Shown here in pieces: positions 19,679-29,494 of a DNA stretch of 64,000 nt. A program made the position numbers and the translations under genes. This DNA comes from Candidatus Poribacteria bacterium (GTDB taxonomy: Bacteria > Poribacteria > WGA-4E > WGA-3G), in NCBI GenBank assembly GCA_965197475.1, contig CBDANF010000002.1, forward strand, positions 576,001 through 640,000, given 5' to 3'. Under the pieces are notes generated by a model. That model did no database searches, was not told the origin of the DNA, and saw only the letters and a program-made list of their open reading frames with translations. How positions within the stretch are numbered: position 1 is the first letter of the stretch; each line of letters starts with the position of its first letter.

Positions 19679-21778
19679 ATGAAGACTAAATTCCTTTTGA
19701 TTTTAACCATTTTGTTTGCGGCACTTACATTTACTCCGAACATTTTTCCGCAAGATTCACCGCAATGGCATCTACCCGAAGGTGCGAAAATGCGTTTCGG
19801 TAAAGGTAGGATATATGAGATAGCATACTCTCCAGATGGCACGCGTTTGGCGGTGGCAAGCTCCATCGGAGTTTGGCTCTACGATGCGGAGACTGGTGAG
19901 GAGCTTGACCTACTCACAGGGCATACAGGTAGAGTTATTAGTGTCGTATTTAGTCCGGATGGAAAAACAATCGCAAGTGGGAGTACGGACAGAACTATTC
20001 GTCTGTGGAATGTGGACACAGGACAACACATCCGCACGCTTACCGGGCATGGAGGGACGGTCCAGAGCGTAGCGTTCAGTCCGGATGGGAAAAAAATCGC
20101 AAGTGGCAGTAGTGATCATACCCTCCGTCTGTGGGATGCGGACACAGGCACACTCCTCCATAAATTAATAGGACACCAGGGTGGAGGTGGTCGCGGCGAT
20201 GTTTTAGCAACTTATGCCTATCTTAGCGTTGCGTTCAGTCCGGATGGGAAGACACTTGCAGGCGGTAATCAAACAAGTTTTATCAACCTGTGGGATGTGG
20301 ATACAGGCATGCTCCTCCGCACGCTCATAAGGAATTATGATCATGGTGATGTCCTTAGCGTGGTATTCAGTCCGGATGGGAAAAAAATCGCAAGCGGCGG
20401 TAGCGACGGCACTATCCGTCTGTGGGATGCGGACACAGGCACACCTCTCTACAGGCTCAGCGGGATTACAGAGCATTTTGCTTCTGTTCATAGCGTCGTT
20501 TTCAGTCCGGATGGAAAAACACTTGCAAGTAGCAGTAGCCACCTCGGTACTATCCATCTGTGGGATGCGGACACAGGCACACCTCTTCGTATACTCACGG
20601 GGCATGCGGAGGGTGCTTATAGCGTAGTGTTCAGTCCGGATGGCAATAAAATCGCAAGTAGTGGGAATGACAGGACTAGTGACAGCACTATCCGTTTGTG
20701 GGATGCCCACACAGGACAACCCATCCGCAAACTCGCTGAGCATTTGTTTTTATCCTCTAACGTTGAGTTTAGTCCGGATGGGGAAATAATCGCAAGCGGC
20801 AGCAACAAAGGTACTATCTATCTGTGGGATACTGACACAGGTAAGCTTCTTCGTCTCCTCACGGGACATGATCGTCGGGTCCATAGCGTAGCGTTCAGCC
20901 CAGATAACAAAACAATCGCAAGTGGCAGTGCGGACAGCACTATCTGTCTATGGAATGCGGACACAGGCACACACATCCGCACAATCAGAGAGTATGGCAA
21001 TAGCGTCGTGTTCAGTCCGGATGGAAAAACAATTGTCAGTGGCAGGAATTACCGCACTATTCATCTGTGGGATACGGACACAGGCACACTCCTCCGCACA
21101 ATCACATGGGATGCAGTTCGTGGCTTTCTTATTAGTATGGACCTTAGTCCGGATGGAAAAACAATCGCAAATAGCAGTTGGGACGGACCTATCTATCTGT
21201 TGGATGCGGACACAGGCACACTCCTCCGCACAATCACAGTGCCTATAAGTGCTGGCATTCCGCTCGCGTTTAGCCCGGATGGGAAAAAGCTCGTAAGTGA
21301 CGGTGGTCGCAGCCGCACTATACATCTTTGGGATGTGGACACAGGTACACTTCTCCAAACACTCACAGGGAGTGGAGGTGGTGTCTTTAGCATCGCTTTC
21401 AGTCCGGATGGCAAGACAATCGCAAGTGGCAGTAGCGACCATACCATCCGTTTGTGGGATGCCCAAACAGGAGGAGAACCCCGCCGCGCACTTATAGGGC
21501 ATACGTATTTTGTTACTAGCATCGCTTTCAGTCCGGATAGCAAGACAATCGCAAGTGGCAGTAGGGATGGGACTGTGTTACTATGGGATATTGCACCATC
21601 ACAACTGTCCGAAGATATTAATGGGGACGGTGTTGTGAATATTCAAGATTTAGTTGCTGTCGCGAATGCTTTTGGGGAAGCAGAACCGGATCTCAACGAC
21701 GATGGTGTTGTTAATATTCAGGACTTGATCATTGTGGCATCGGCATTTGGGAATACGGTTTCTGCCACTGAAGAATAG
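19679..21778 (+). CDS. Secreted WD40-repeat protein with dockerin, copy B (near-identical to 16007-18121)
   Basis: Long identical nucleotide stretches shared with copy A; AAGGAG precedes ATG 19679. Confidence 0.93.
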   Translation: MKTKFLLILTILFAALTFTPNIFPQDSPQWHLPEGAKMRFGKGRIYEIAYSPDGTRLAVASSIGVWLYDAETGEELDLLTGHTGRVISVVFSPDGKTIASGSTDRTIRLWNVDTGQHIRTLTGHGGTVQSVAFSPDGKKIASGSSDHTLRLWDADTGTLLHKLIGHQGGGGRGDVLATYAYLSVAFSPDGKTLAGGNQTSFINLWDVDTGMLLRTLIRNYDHGDVLSVVFSPDGKKIASGGSDGTIRLWDADTGTPLYRLSGITEHFASVHSVVFSPDGKTLASSSSHLGTIHLWDADTGTPLRILTGHAEGAYSVVFSPDGNKIASSGNDRTSDSTIRLWDAHTGQPIRKLAEHLFLSSNVEFSPDGEIIASGSNKGTIYLWDTDTGKLLRLLTGHDRRVHSVAFSPDNKTIASGSADSTICLWNADTGTHIRTIREYGNSVVFSPDGKTIVSGRNYRTIHLWDTDTGTLLRTITWDAVRGFLISMDLSPDGKTIANSSWDGPIYLLDADTGTLLRTITVPISAGIPLAFSPDGKKLVSDGGRSRTIHLWDVDTGTLLQTLTGSGGGVFSIAFSPDGKTIASGSSDHTIRLWDAQTGGEPRRALIGHTYFVTSIAFSPDSKTIASGSRDGTVLLWDIAPSQLSEDINGDGVVNIQDLVAVANAFGEAEPDLNDDGVVNIQDLIIVASAFGNTVSATEE

Positions 21779-21879
21779 CACGCTTAATGCCACATAAACG
21801 GTAGGATCAATTTAAGAAAATGGTTTGTTTTTGTGTGAGTTAGGCGATATGTGTTGTCTGAATCTCGAATTTTCTCGGA

Positions 21880-22893
21880 TTACGCCAAATCAACGCCAGA
21901 GTCAACTTTTTCAATTTGCGCACCTATGTTGTTGGCATAAGTAATAAAGCAGGTGCCACCATTTGGCAATGTCGTTAGGAATTCTTCTGTTTTCTGTTTC
22001 AAGGTGTTGATATCCTCACTAATAGCACAAATTGCCGGTCCCCAACTACTTACACCAGCACCTAATGCTCCGTTAGTTTGCAAAAAATCAAGCGTTTGTT
22101 GCAATTCAGCACCTTGCGCATCAATCTCCACCTTTTTCCAACCGAACGTTTGAATCTTGTTTAAAGCTTTACCGAAACTATGCGAATTGTTTTCAAGAAG
22201 TGCAGGTAATACTTGTAGCAGAAGAAGATGTGACAACTTTGGAGCAACAGACGGAGGTTGCGGACATAGTGTTCGGAACAGTTCCAATTCTGCCTCACCG
22301 TAAATTCGTGAACAATTAGGCAGGACAATTAGGAGAGGCCATTTTGGAAACGTGTGCCGGAATAAAATCGGGGGTGGTGAAATATCGTCTGCGGCAGCAG
22401 AAGGGAGAAAAGAGGATTTTTGTTCGGGATAACGATGCCCTCCATCTACAATGAAGCCTCCAGTATCAAACGCTGCGACACCGATGCCGGACGTGCCACC
22501 ACGACCCACAGCGTTGGCGAGTTCCAAGACGCTTAAATTCAGATCATAAAGGGTGTTTACAGCAGCAGCTATACTGAGGGAGAGTTGTGTTCCTGAACCA
22601 AAACCACTATGCGTTGGAATTTCAGAGATAAATTTTAGTTTAATTCCGGGAAACTGATAAGTTGTTTGAAGTTGTGCCAGAATAGCACATGCACGTTCAT
22701 GGTACGCTGAAGATTCAACGTGAATTTCTGTTGACGGTTGGGCAATGATCTCAAAATTCGGCTCAGTGATGGCTAACCCGAATCCGCCATCAATTCGACC
22801 AAGTTGACCGTTCAAATCTATCAACGAAAAGTGCAGTCGAGCGGGGGTGGTAATTCTGATTTGGTTTATTTCGGTATTAGTTTCGCCTTTCAT
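21880..22893 (-). CDS. Beta-ribofuranosylaminobenzene 5'-phosphate (beta-RFAP) synthase family, GHMP fold
   Basis: [48 protein letters not shown] and SSWGP motifs. The start is uncertain; ATG 22893 overlaps the upstream gene. Confidence 0.88.
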   Translation of the reverse strand: MKGETNTEINQIRITTPARLHFSLIDLNGQLGRIDGGFGLAITEPNFEIIAQPSTEIHVESSAYHERACAILAQLQTTYQFPGIKLKFISEIPTHSGFGSGTQLSLSIAAAVNTLYDLNLSVLELANAVGRGGTSGIGVAAFDTGGFIVDGGHRYPEQKSSFLPSAAADDISPPPILFRHTFPKWPLLIVLPNCSRIYGEAELELFRTLCPQPPSVAPKLSHLLLLQVLPALLENNSHSFGKALNKIQTFGWKKVEIDAQGAELQQTLDFLQTNGALGAGVSSWGPAICAISEDINTLKQKTEEFLTTLPNGGTCFITYANNIGAQIEKVDSGVDLA

Positions 22894-23557
22894 CTTGCTC
22901 AATGAGACCGTCCCGAATATGGAGTACGCGTCTTGCATGTTCAGCAACCGTTGGTTCATGTGTAACCATGATGATGGTATTCCCTTCCTCATTAAGGCGG
23001 TCAAAAATAGCCAAAATTTCGGCACCGGAGCGCGTATCCAAGTTACCAGTCGGTTCGTCTGCGAAAAGGAGCGATGGCTTGTTCACAAGGGCGCGCGCAA
23101 TCGCGACACGTTGAACCTGCCCACCGGAAAGTTCAGTTGATTTGTGGTCAACTCGATCAGCTAATCCAACTGCCTCCAAAGATTCAAATGCTCTCCGTTT
23201 ACGTTCTTTTCGTCCTAAGCCAGAATAGATAAGTGGAAGTTCAACGTTGTGGAGTGCGCTTGTTCTCGGTAGAAGATTGAATGACTGGAATACGAAACCG
23301 ATCTTTTTATTCCGGATGTCTGCTAAGCGGTTATCCGAAAGTTTACCTACTTCTTCACCTTCAAGGTAATATTCACCATCTGTTGGGGTTGCAAGGCAGC
23401 CTAAAATATCCATCATGGTTGATTTTCCGGAACCGGAAGGCCCCATAATTGCAATGAACTCACCTGGTTCCACTGTGAAACTCACGCCTCGCAGTGCATG
23501 CACCTGCACATCACCCATCTCATAGATTTTTGTTATGTCTTTGACATCTATTAACAT
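22877..23557 (-). CDS. ABC transporter ATP-binding protein, MacB/LolD-like
   Basis: [25 protein letters not shown] and ADEPTGNLD. Confidence 0.95.
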   Translation of the reverse strand: MLIDVKDITKIYEMGDVQVHALRGVSFTVEPGEFIAIMGPSGSGKSTMMDILGCLATPTDGEYYLEGEEVGKLSDNRLADIRNKKIGFVFQSFNLLPRTSALHNVELPLIYSGLGRKERKRRAFESLEAVGLADRVDHKSTELSGGQVQRVAIARALVNKPSLLFADEPTGNLDTRSGAEILAIFDRLNEEGNTIIMVTHEPTVAEHARRVLHIRDGLIEQDERRN

Positions 23558-23860
23558 ATTTGTTGTTCCTCACGTTTTGATCATAGATGGTATTTCAATT
23601 TATCACTTGTATGTGATTTATGAAGTGATCTCTGACCAAATTCACCTATTATTGCGATTATATTTTCTCAAGAATCACTTCGATTTTCTTTCTTCTGTGG
23701 TTAAGATTTGCCTTATGTCTTCCTAATTCGTCGTCCAACATTTCTTGGTGGTGCTAAGATAGTTTCGTATGTTCGCTTCTTTAAAAACAGACAAATAAAT
23801 CAAGACTTCCATTTATCCCTCCAGTACATTTGTTTGACTTGGGCACAGGGGGCGGTCTGA

Positions 23861-24946
23861 TTATTGTGCGGACTTCTCCCTGTTACACCTTTTACAAAGC
23901 ATCTGGCAGTTATCCTCGTTGGTCTTGCCGCCCTCGGACCAGGGTGTGATATGGTCTGCTTCCATATCTTTGATTGCGAATTCGTCGTCACACTTGACAC
24001 AAATTCCTGACTGTTCTTCGTAGACCTTTTGCTTCATGCTGTCTGAAAAGGCGCGTATGTTCAGGTGTTTCTCCTCGCGAGTCAGAATGTACGGGTATAT
24101 ACCCGCTTTCCGTTGCACATCATCGTCAAGGACAAGGCGGGCGGTTTCCTGCTCAATCTCATTAGCGTCAAGGTCGGCATCTCCAAAGTCGTTGTGCAGC
24201 GAACCCCAATCTACGCCCCTCATCATTTTTGGTCTTGTGTTCGTGAAAGTGGATTCAACCCAATTGATCACCGATTGAAAATACCCCCATAGGGGCAACG
24301 CGTTTTCGTCGTGCTGATGCTTCCCCATGTAGTCTTCAATCGAGTCTTTGCTGACCCACTTAATCACTGTCTCCAAGTACTCTTGTCGGATTGGCGAACC
24401 ATTGACATAGGCATTGCCGATTTTGTATGCAGCGCAACCAGTCCGACTAAAATATCGCTTGGCATTTGACAACCAGGTTCCGGCGTAAACAGCATTACGC
24501 AACTCTTGATTGGTCAACTTCTTTCCCGCAATGTTTATAGTCTTGAACCACTCTAACTTTTCGCTGTCTGTCCCGGTACAGACGTAGACCGTCAACTCGT
24601 AATCCAATATCAATTCTTGTTTGTCTGATGGGAGATTGTGGAAGTATTTACCTTCGATCGAGAAATCGCCATCCACATACTGAGCAACGGAGATTGTACG
24701 CTGCTGTCCGTCAATGATCTCGAACGTACCGTCTTCCCGGTCTGCCCAGTACATCACGTTCAACGGGAATCCTTTCAGGATGGAGTCAATGACGGCGTTG
24801 CGTTCCTTGTCGTTGTAGATAAACTCCCGTTGAAATGGCGGACGTATATCCAATTTGCCGCCATACCCGGTTACACCGTCCTCGCGAGCGTCCTCGTAAT
24901 CCTCGACAATCTCTTCCACCGTGAGGTCTAACAACTCGATTTTCAT
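23861..24946 (-). CDS. DUF262 (GmrS/ParB-like) + HNH endonuclease
   Basis: IRPPFQREF, IIDGQQR and F..IN..G motifs; C-terminal CxxC...DHITPWSEGG..N...LC..CN. ATGA overlap with the methyltransferase stop. Confidence 0.9.
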   Translation of the reverse strand: MKIELLDLTVEEIVEDYEDAREDGVTGYGGKLDIRPPFQREFIYNDKERNAVIDSILKGFPLNVMYWADREDGTFEIIDGQQRTISVAQYVDGDFSIEGKYFHNLPSDKQELILDYELTVYVCTGTDSEKLEWFKTINIAGKKLTNQELRNAVYAGTWLSNAKRYFSRTGCAAYKIGNAYVNGSPIRQEYLETVIKWVSKDSIEDYMGKHQHDENALPLWGYFQSVINWVESTFTNTRPKMMRGVDWGSLHNDFGDADLDANEIEQETARLVLDDDVQRKAGIYPYILTREEKHLNIRAFSDSMKQKVYEEQSGICVKCDDEFAIKDMEADHITPWSEGGKTNEDNCQMLCKRCNREKSAQ

Positions 24947-25908
24947 TGCTGTATCCTCCTGTTGCGGATAACGATTCTGAAATAGGGACATTTGCCGTTT
25001 ATGCTCAAATCCTTATCGTCGTTTCCTTTTCTAAACCGAATTATCTGGAATTGATCAGGGTTGTGCTTGTCCAAGAAGGTAATCGGCACGCCCATTTCTC
25101 CAGCATAATCTACTGGGATATCAGACGTTTTACCCACGTTGATCGCATCGTAATTATCGTACTTCGGATATTCATCAGGAGAGTATTTCTTGTAAAGGAT
25201 TAGGTCTTCGTGCCGCTTCTTATGGTCGAGGTTGGTAAACCAAACAGCATTCCCCAATCTGCCCTTGACGACATCATCCACCAGTCGGTAGGCACTGCCC
25301 TCCTTCTTGTTTCTAACCAATTCTCTTGCATAGTCTTTCGGCACATCAAAAAGCATATCTTTGCCAGCCGGACCATGACCAAGCCACAACCTGTCACTCT
25401 TGATTAGGGGAAATACCTCTTTGTATGTTATCGCGTTCATGCTCCCAATGACGACAAATTTTTTGTCGTATTCGACCAGTTGCGTGATATACTCCCTGAA
25501 CAATGAAAACGGCGGATTTGTAACCACAATGTCTGCCTGTTTAAGCAACTCAATACATTCGCGGCTCCTGAAATCGCCGTCTTCCTTGAGTTGAAATTTG
25601 GTGGATTCTGTTCCATTGCCGACATACTCAAGTCCGGCAGCGGTTTCCATGTCGTGTTTACTGAACATATCTATCTGCCGATTTTTGTAGCAGGTTGTGA
25701 TCAGTTTTTTGAGTCCAAGTTTCGCGAAATTCCGCTCAAAGTAGTGAGAGAAATTGCTGATGGTGGGATCGTCGCAATTGCAGTAAACAGTCTTGCCGCG
25801 AAAATGCTTCCTGTAATGCTTTAGCTCTTTCTCGATGTCCGGGAGTTGTGTGTAAAATTCATCTTGCTTTGCTCTATTCGCAGCGTGCAGAGACTGATTC
25901 TTTGCCAT
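24943..25908 (-). CDS. Adenine-specific DNA methyltransferase, EcoRI family
   Basis: DEFYT, VYCNCDDP, GDFRS.EC, IVVTNPPFSLFREY, YDNYDAI and MGVPITFL. Confidence 0.92.
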   Translation of the reverse strand: MAKNQSLHAANRAKQDEFYTQLPDIEKELKHYRKHFRGKTVYCNCDDPTISNFSHYFERNFAKLGLKKLITTCYKNRQIDMFSKHDMETAAGLEYVGNGTESTKFQLKEDGDFRSRECIELLKQADIVVTNPPFSLFREYITQLVEYDKKFVVIGSMNAITYKEVFPLIKSDRLWLGHGPAGKDMLFDVPKDYARELVRNKKEGSAYRLVDDVVKGRLGNAVWFTNLDHKKRHEDLILYKKYSPDEYPKYDNYDAINVGKTSDIPVDYAGEMGVPITFLDKHNPDQFQIIRFRKGNDDKDLSINGKCPYFRIVIRNRRIQQ

Positions 25909-25916
25909 GATATAGT

Positions 25917-26225
25917 TTATCCATTTCGGAATTTTGTGCGGAAATATTCAAAGCGAGCAACCATTTCGTCAATAGGTACGATATCCCAATGCCCCCTGAC
26001 TGAATTATCAGCGAACCGCAGGCGTTTCAAAGCATCAAGAGCCTCAGTTATCTCCCATTGGTTTTTTTTAGCAGAAGGGAGTCCTCCTCTCTTACTGTGT
26101 ATTCCCTCAATTGTCTCGCCGATGAGATTGCGTCGAATACGCTGCTTCCCCTGAAATATTTCTATAATCAGTTCTACTGCTATAGGGGCATCAAGCGGTT
26201 TGCCTTTATATTCATATTTGTCCAT
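25917..26225 (-). CDS. Small winged-helix protein, Mrr N-terminal-like (tentative)
   Basis: AAGGAG precedes ATG 26225. The segment ALDALKRLRFADNSVRGHWDI resembles the Mrr_N L...G......RG.W.I pattern. Confidence 0.45.
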   Translation of the reverse strand: MDKYEYKGKPLDAPIAVELIIEIFQGKQRIRRNLIGETIEGIHSKRGGLPSAKKNQWEITEALDALKRLRFADNSVRGHWDIVPIDEMVARFEYFRTKFRNG

Positions 26226-26252
26226 GATATAACCTGCTCCTTCGCTCCAGAA

Positions 26253-27011
26253 AATAAAATAGGGGCGGAACATTGCTGCTCTGTCTGTTTAGAGTTATGA
26301 GCGAGGTTAGGGAACCTCGCTTACTTATCACCTTCAGGCTTGAGTGACACATGTATGCTAAATGTATCAGCATTTAACGGTATGCCTTTTTTTTTTCTAA
26401 TAGACATCTCAATGTTATGTATTAAGGTTCCTATCTTATTTACTAAATTTCTTAAACGATTTAAACGATCTTCATGTTCAATCAAATATCTTGCAACCTT
26501 TTCCAACTCTTTCTGAGTAGCCTCATATCTTTTGTGTGAGGAGTGGATATGGGCAACGGTCTCATCCCTAGCCTTTTTAAGTACCCCATAAATGTCAATG
26601 TTTCCGATGTTTTCTAATTCACTTTTAAACTTGTCTATATCCTCATGGTGACAAGATTCAAGACGTGTAGATATACAGAAGGTCCTCTTTTTATCATACT
26701 CACTTCTAGGTTCATGTACTAATTTACAAATGTTGGTAATTACAGGCACAATGTTATTTAATACATCAAAGGGATTAACTTCTTCTTCAGCGGTGTGCAA
26801 TGCTAACAAATTTTCTATATTATAATCTACATGCCGCAAACAAGAATCGAAATCCAAGTTTAGAATTCTAATGCTCGCTGGTATAAAATCCTCTTTGTCT
26901 TGTTTTGTTTCCTTTTCGGACATTTCAAGTTCCTCCGAAGATGTCAGATGCCCAACGAATTGCGCGACTACAAACGCTAATAAAATAGGGGCGGAGTATT
27001 GCTGCCCTGTC
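26253..27011. repeat. 33-bp direct repeats (26253-26285 and 26979-27011) flanking one gene
   Basis: aataaaataggggcgga(ac/gt)attgctgc(t/c)ctgtc, 30 of 33 identical. Confidence 0.85.
26321..26923 (-). CDS. Helical hypothetical protein, HEPN-like
   Basis: AT-rich, predicted all-alpha, LKKARDETVAH (R-x5-H) motif; GGAGG RBS. Confidence 0.5.
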   Translation of the reverse strand: MSEKETKQDKEDFIPASIRILNLDFDSCLRHVDYNIENLLALHTAEEEVNPFDVLNNIVPVITNICKLVHEPRSEYDKKRTFCISTRLESCHHEDIDKFKSELENIGNIDIYGVLKKARDETVAHIHSSHKRYEATQKELEKVARYLIEHEDRLNRLRNLVNKIGTLIHNIEMSIRKKKGIPLNADTFSIHVSLKPEGDK

Positions 27012-27533
27012 CCTATTTTGTGAAATCCCGTTAGTTGTTAGGGAGGGTAATGCGATCTTAAATCTCTCTTTCAAATATAGATAAGATTAACTATACGATT
27101 AAAATTAGCATAAAGTCAAGTTAAAACATTTCACCCGATCCCCACAGATTCATCACAATTCCAAACCACCCACCACACCATAACTTTCCAAACAATTCCG
27201 ATAACGACTATAGATGCAACAGATTTTACGAAGTAACGTTCACTAAATAACACTGAAACTAATGCTTGAACTTCAGTTGCTTCTTTGTCTGCAATTATTA
27301 ACCATTTTTTCATCTTTTATGAATGGATAGTAGTTAATAAAAGCAGATAAAATGAATTCATAATAAGGATTATCTGAAAAATATAATCCTTTTTTAATTG
27401 TATGCTGTTCTATGATAAAGTGCTCTATTTTATGGTAGTAATTCCCTAAGTTAGATTTCATAGTATTGTGGTTTCAGACTTGGTTGAAGCGATTTTTTCA
27501 AACTTTTTTTAAATCACAAAACTACTTATTGCG

Positions 27534-29492
27534 CTATCTGTTATTTTTATTTTCTTCTCCCCTTGTCAATTCCATCATAGAAGGCACAAAAACGCGATCG
27601 CCTTCTTTTAAGCCGCTAATAATTTCAAAGTGTGTGTTGTTACGCCTGCCAACTTTAATATGCGTTTTGACACCTTTCTCCTCACCTTTTTTAGGTGGTT
27701 CACCTGTGTCCAGTTTAACAAAATGCTGACGCTCACTTCTAATTTCCGCTTCTATACCGGATAATCGTTTGTTTTCAGAGATTACGATAGCGATTTCTGT
27801 CGGACCAGGACGCATACCCTTCGGGGGTTCGTCAAACAAAATTTCAAGATTTCGGCGGGTTTCCGAAGGGGCAATTTTTGTAACTTGTCCAGGAAACTGT
27901 TTGCCAATAAGGTTTTGAACTTTTATTTTTTGTCCTTGCTGAAACTGCCCAAGATCGTTTGAATTTACTGTGGCTTTTACAGTAAACACCTCTGGGCTTA
28001 ACACCGCTGCTATCGGAATCTGAAGGATATCAGGTTTTTCAAAAACGATAATGTCTACGTCTGCTGACATTCCGGGTAATAATTGAAATTCTTGATCTGA
28101 TATATCTACCTCTATATCAACCTCAAAGGTAATCACAGCATTTCCGCCACCTTGTGGACGTTGCGTGGAACTGGGTGAAATTTCGCTGACTCTACCATTA
28201 AAAATTTTATGGCGATAACTATCAACCCGTATTTCTACGCGTTGTCCCTCTTTTATTCTGCCGATCTCAACCTGATTGATTTGGGTTTTGACAATCATCT
28301 GTGAAAGGTCGGCGATCCGCATGATCGCCTCGCCACGTGAAAATGCAGACCTTCCTGAGGTGATAATCTCACCTTCTTCTACAGAAAGGCGTGTAATGGT
28401 GCCGGACATTGATGCCTTAACCGTTGTCCATTCGTAGCGTTCCTGCTGAGATTTGAGGCGGCTTTCTGCTTGAAATAAATTCGCTTGTGCGCTAACTTTC
28501 GCATGTTTTGTGAGTGCTTTCTCTTCCTCGGTTGTTTCTTCAGCTTGTTTGAGTCGGGTGCGTGCGTTTTCCAAATCCGCTATTTGCTGCTTTTCCTGTG
28601 CATCTTGAGATTCTTTAACCGTTTGAACGTTCTTTTTATTAAGGGCAAGGGTTGCTTCTCGACTCTGAATAGCTTCCTTCATTGCCTTGATGTTTTCTTC
28701 TTGTGATTTAATCGTTTCCTTTTGGGATTCAACCTCTTTCTGGGCAGTTTCGTATTGCGAGGTATTCAAAGCGAGTTGTCTTTGGGATTGCTCCAATGTC
28801 TGCTTCGAAATTAATTCTTTTTCAAATAATTCTTCGTTGCGTTTGTGTTCAGATTGAGTTGTTTCAAAGGTAATTTTTGCGGATTCAACACTTGCTTTCG
28901 CTCGATCAAGTGTTAAATTTGCTTGCGTTAAAGCGATTTCAGCCTGCTTCATTGAGATTTTATCTCGGTTCAGCAAGTTCTGCGTTGTTGCAACGAGAGT
29001 TTCCGCTTCAGTAATCCGTTGTTGCTTGTTTGCAGCAAAGGATTGAAGGTATGCTTCAGACTTAGCAACAGCATTTTGTGCCTGATGTAGGTCGCTTTTT
29101 TCCCGTTTTTCAGCGATCTGAATTCGGAGCTCTGCTTGTTCAAATTCTGCGTTCCGAGCATCTCGGTTTGCTTCTGCCTGTTTCTTTTCCTCAAGAATCT
29201 GCTCGTCGTCGATTCTGAGCAACGGATCGTCCTCTTTAACAAGGTCTCCCTCTTCAACGAGAATTTCCTTTATTTCGCCCTCAACGTTTGATCGGACATC
29301 TACCTCAATAAAGGAACGGAGGGTGCCAGATTCTTGAACTTTTACGAGAAATTCCCCGCGGCGTACAACCTCACGTTTGTCTTCGTCCTCATCCTTTTTT
29401 TGACCAAAATTGATTTGGGTTGCGCCTATCACCGCTACAGCAACAACAATAGCAGCTGTGCCGATAATAATCCATTTTTTACCGATCTTCAT
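27534..29492 (-). CDS. Efflux periplasmic adaptor (MacA/HlyD-like) with an extended coiled coil
   Basis: N-terminal TM, lipoyl-like halves (VEEGDLVK; MSGTITRLSVEEGE), long coiled coil, LLPGMSADV and EIISGLKEGD. Confidence 0.88.
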   Translation of the reverse strand: MKIGKKWIIIGTAAIVVAVAVIGATQINFGQKKDEDEDKREVVRRGEFLVKVQESGTLRSFIEVDVRSNVEGEIKEILVEEGDLVKEDDPLLRIDDEQILEEKKQAEANRDARNAEFEQAELRIQIAEKREKSDLHQAQNAVAKSEAYLQSFAANKQQRITEAETLVATTQNLLNRDKISMKQAEIALTQANLTLDRAKASVESAKITFETTQSEHKRNEELFEKELISKQTLEQSQRQLALNTSQYETAQKEVESQKETIKSQEENIKAMKEAIQSREATLALNKKNVQTVKESQDAQEKQQIADLENARTRLKQAEETTEEEKALTKHAKVSAQANLFQAESRLKSQQERYEWTTVKASMSGTITRLSVEEGEIITSGRSAFSRGEAIMRIADLSQMIVKTQINQVEIGRIKEGQRVEIRVDSYRHKIFNGRVSEISPSSTQRPQGGGNAVITFEVDIEVDISDQEFQLLPGMSADVDIIVFEKPDILQIPIAAVLSPEVFTVKATVNSNDLGQFQQGQKIKVQNLIGKQFPGQVTKIAPSETRRNLEILFDEPPKGMRPGPTEIAIVISENKRLSGIEAEIRSERQHFVKLDTGEPPKKGEEKGVKTHIKVGRRNNTHFEIISGLKEGDRVFVPSMMELTRGEENKNNR

Positions 29493-29494
29493 GA

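Noticed and set aside
16164-21543. Many short Cys-rich alternate-frame ORFs
   Set aside because: They are by-products of the WD40 DNA repeats and have no independent support.
16007-21778. Diversity-generating retroelement template/variable pair
   Set aside because: Differences are not confined to adenines, both copies are full genes, and there is no reverse transcriptase in the window.
15971-21782. Integron attC array between the dockerin genes
   Set aside because: The shared sequence is mostly the coding tail, with no RYYYAAC/GTTRRRY pairs and no integrase.
21880-23025. Long N-terminal extension of the beta-RFAP synthase ORF
   Set aside because: It overlaps the ABC ATPase by ~150 bp, and family similarity starts near [10 protein letters not shown].
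27131-27461. Two overlapping AT-rich short ORFs
   Set aside because: No recognisable motifs or RBS; possibly a gene remnant, but it cannot be supported.
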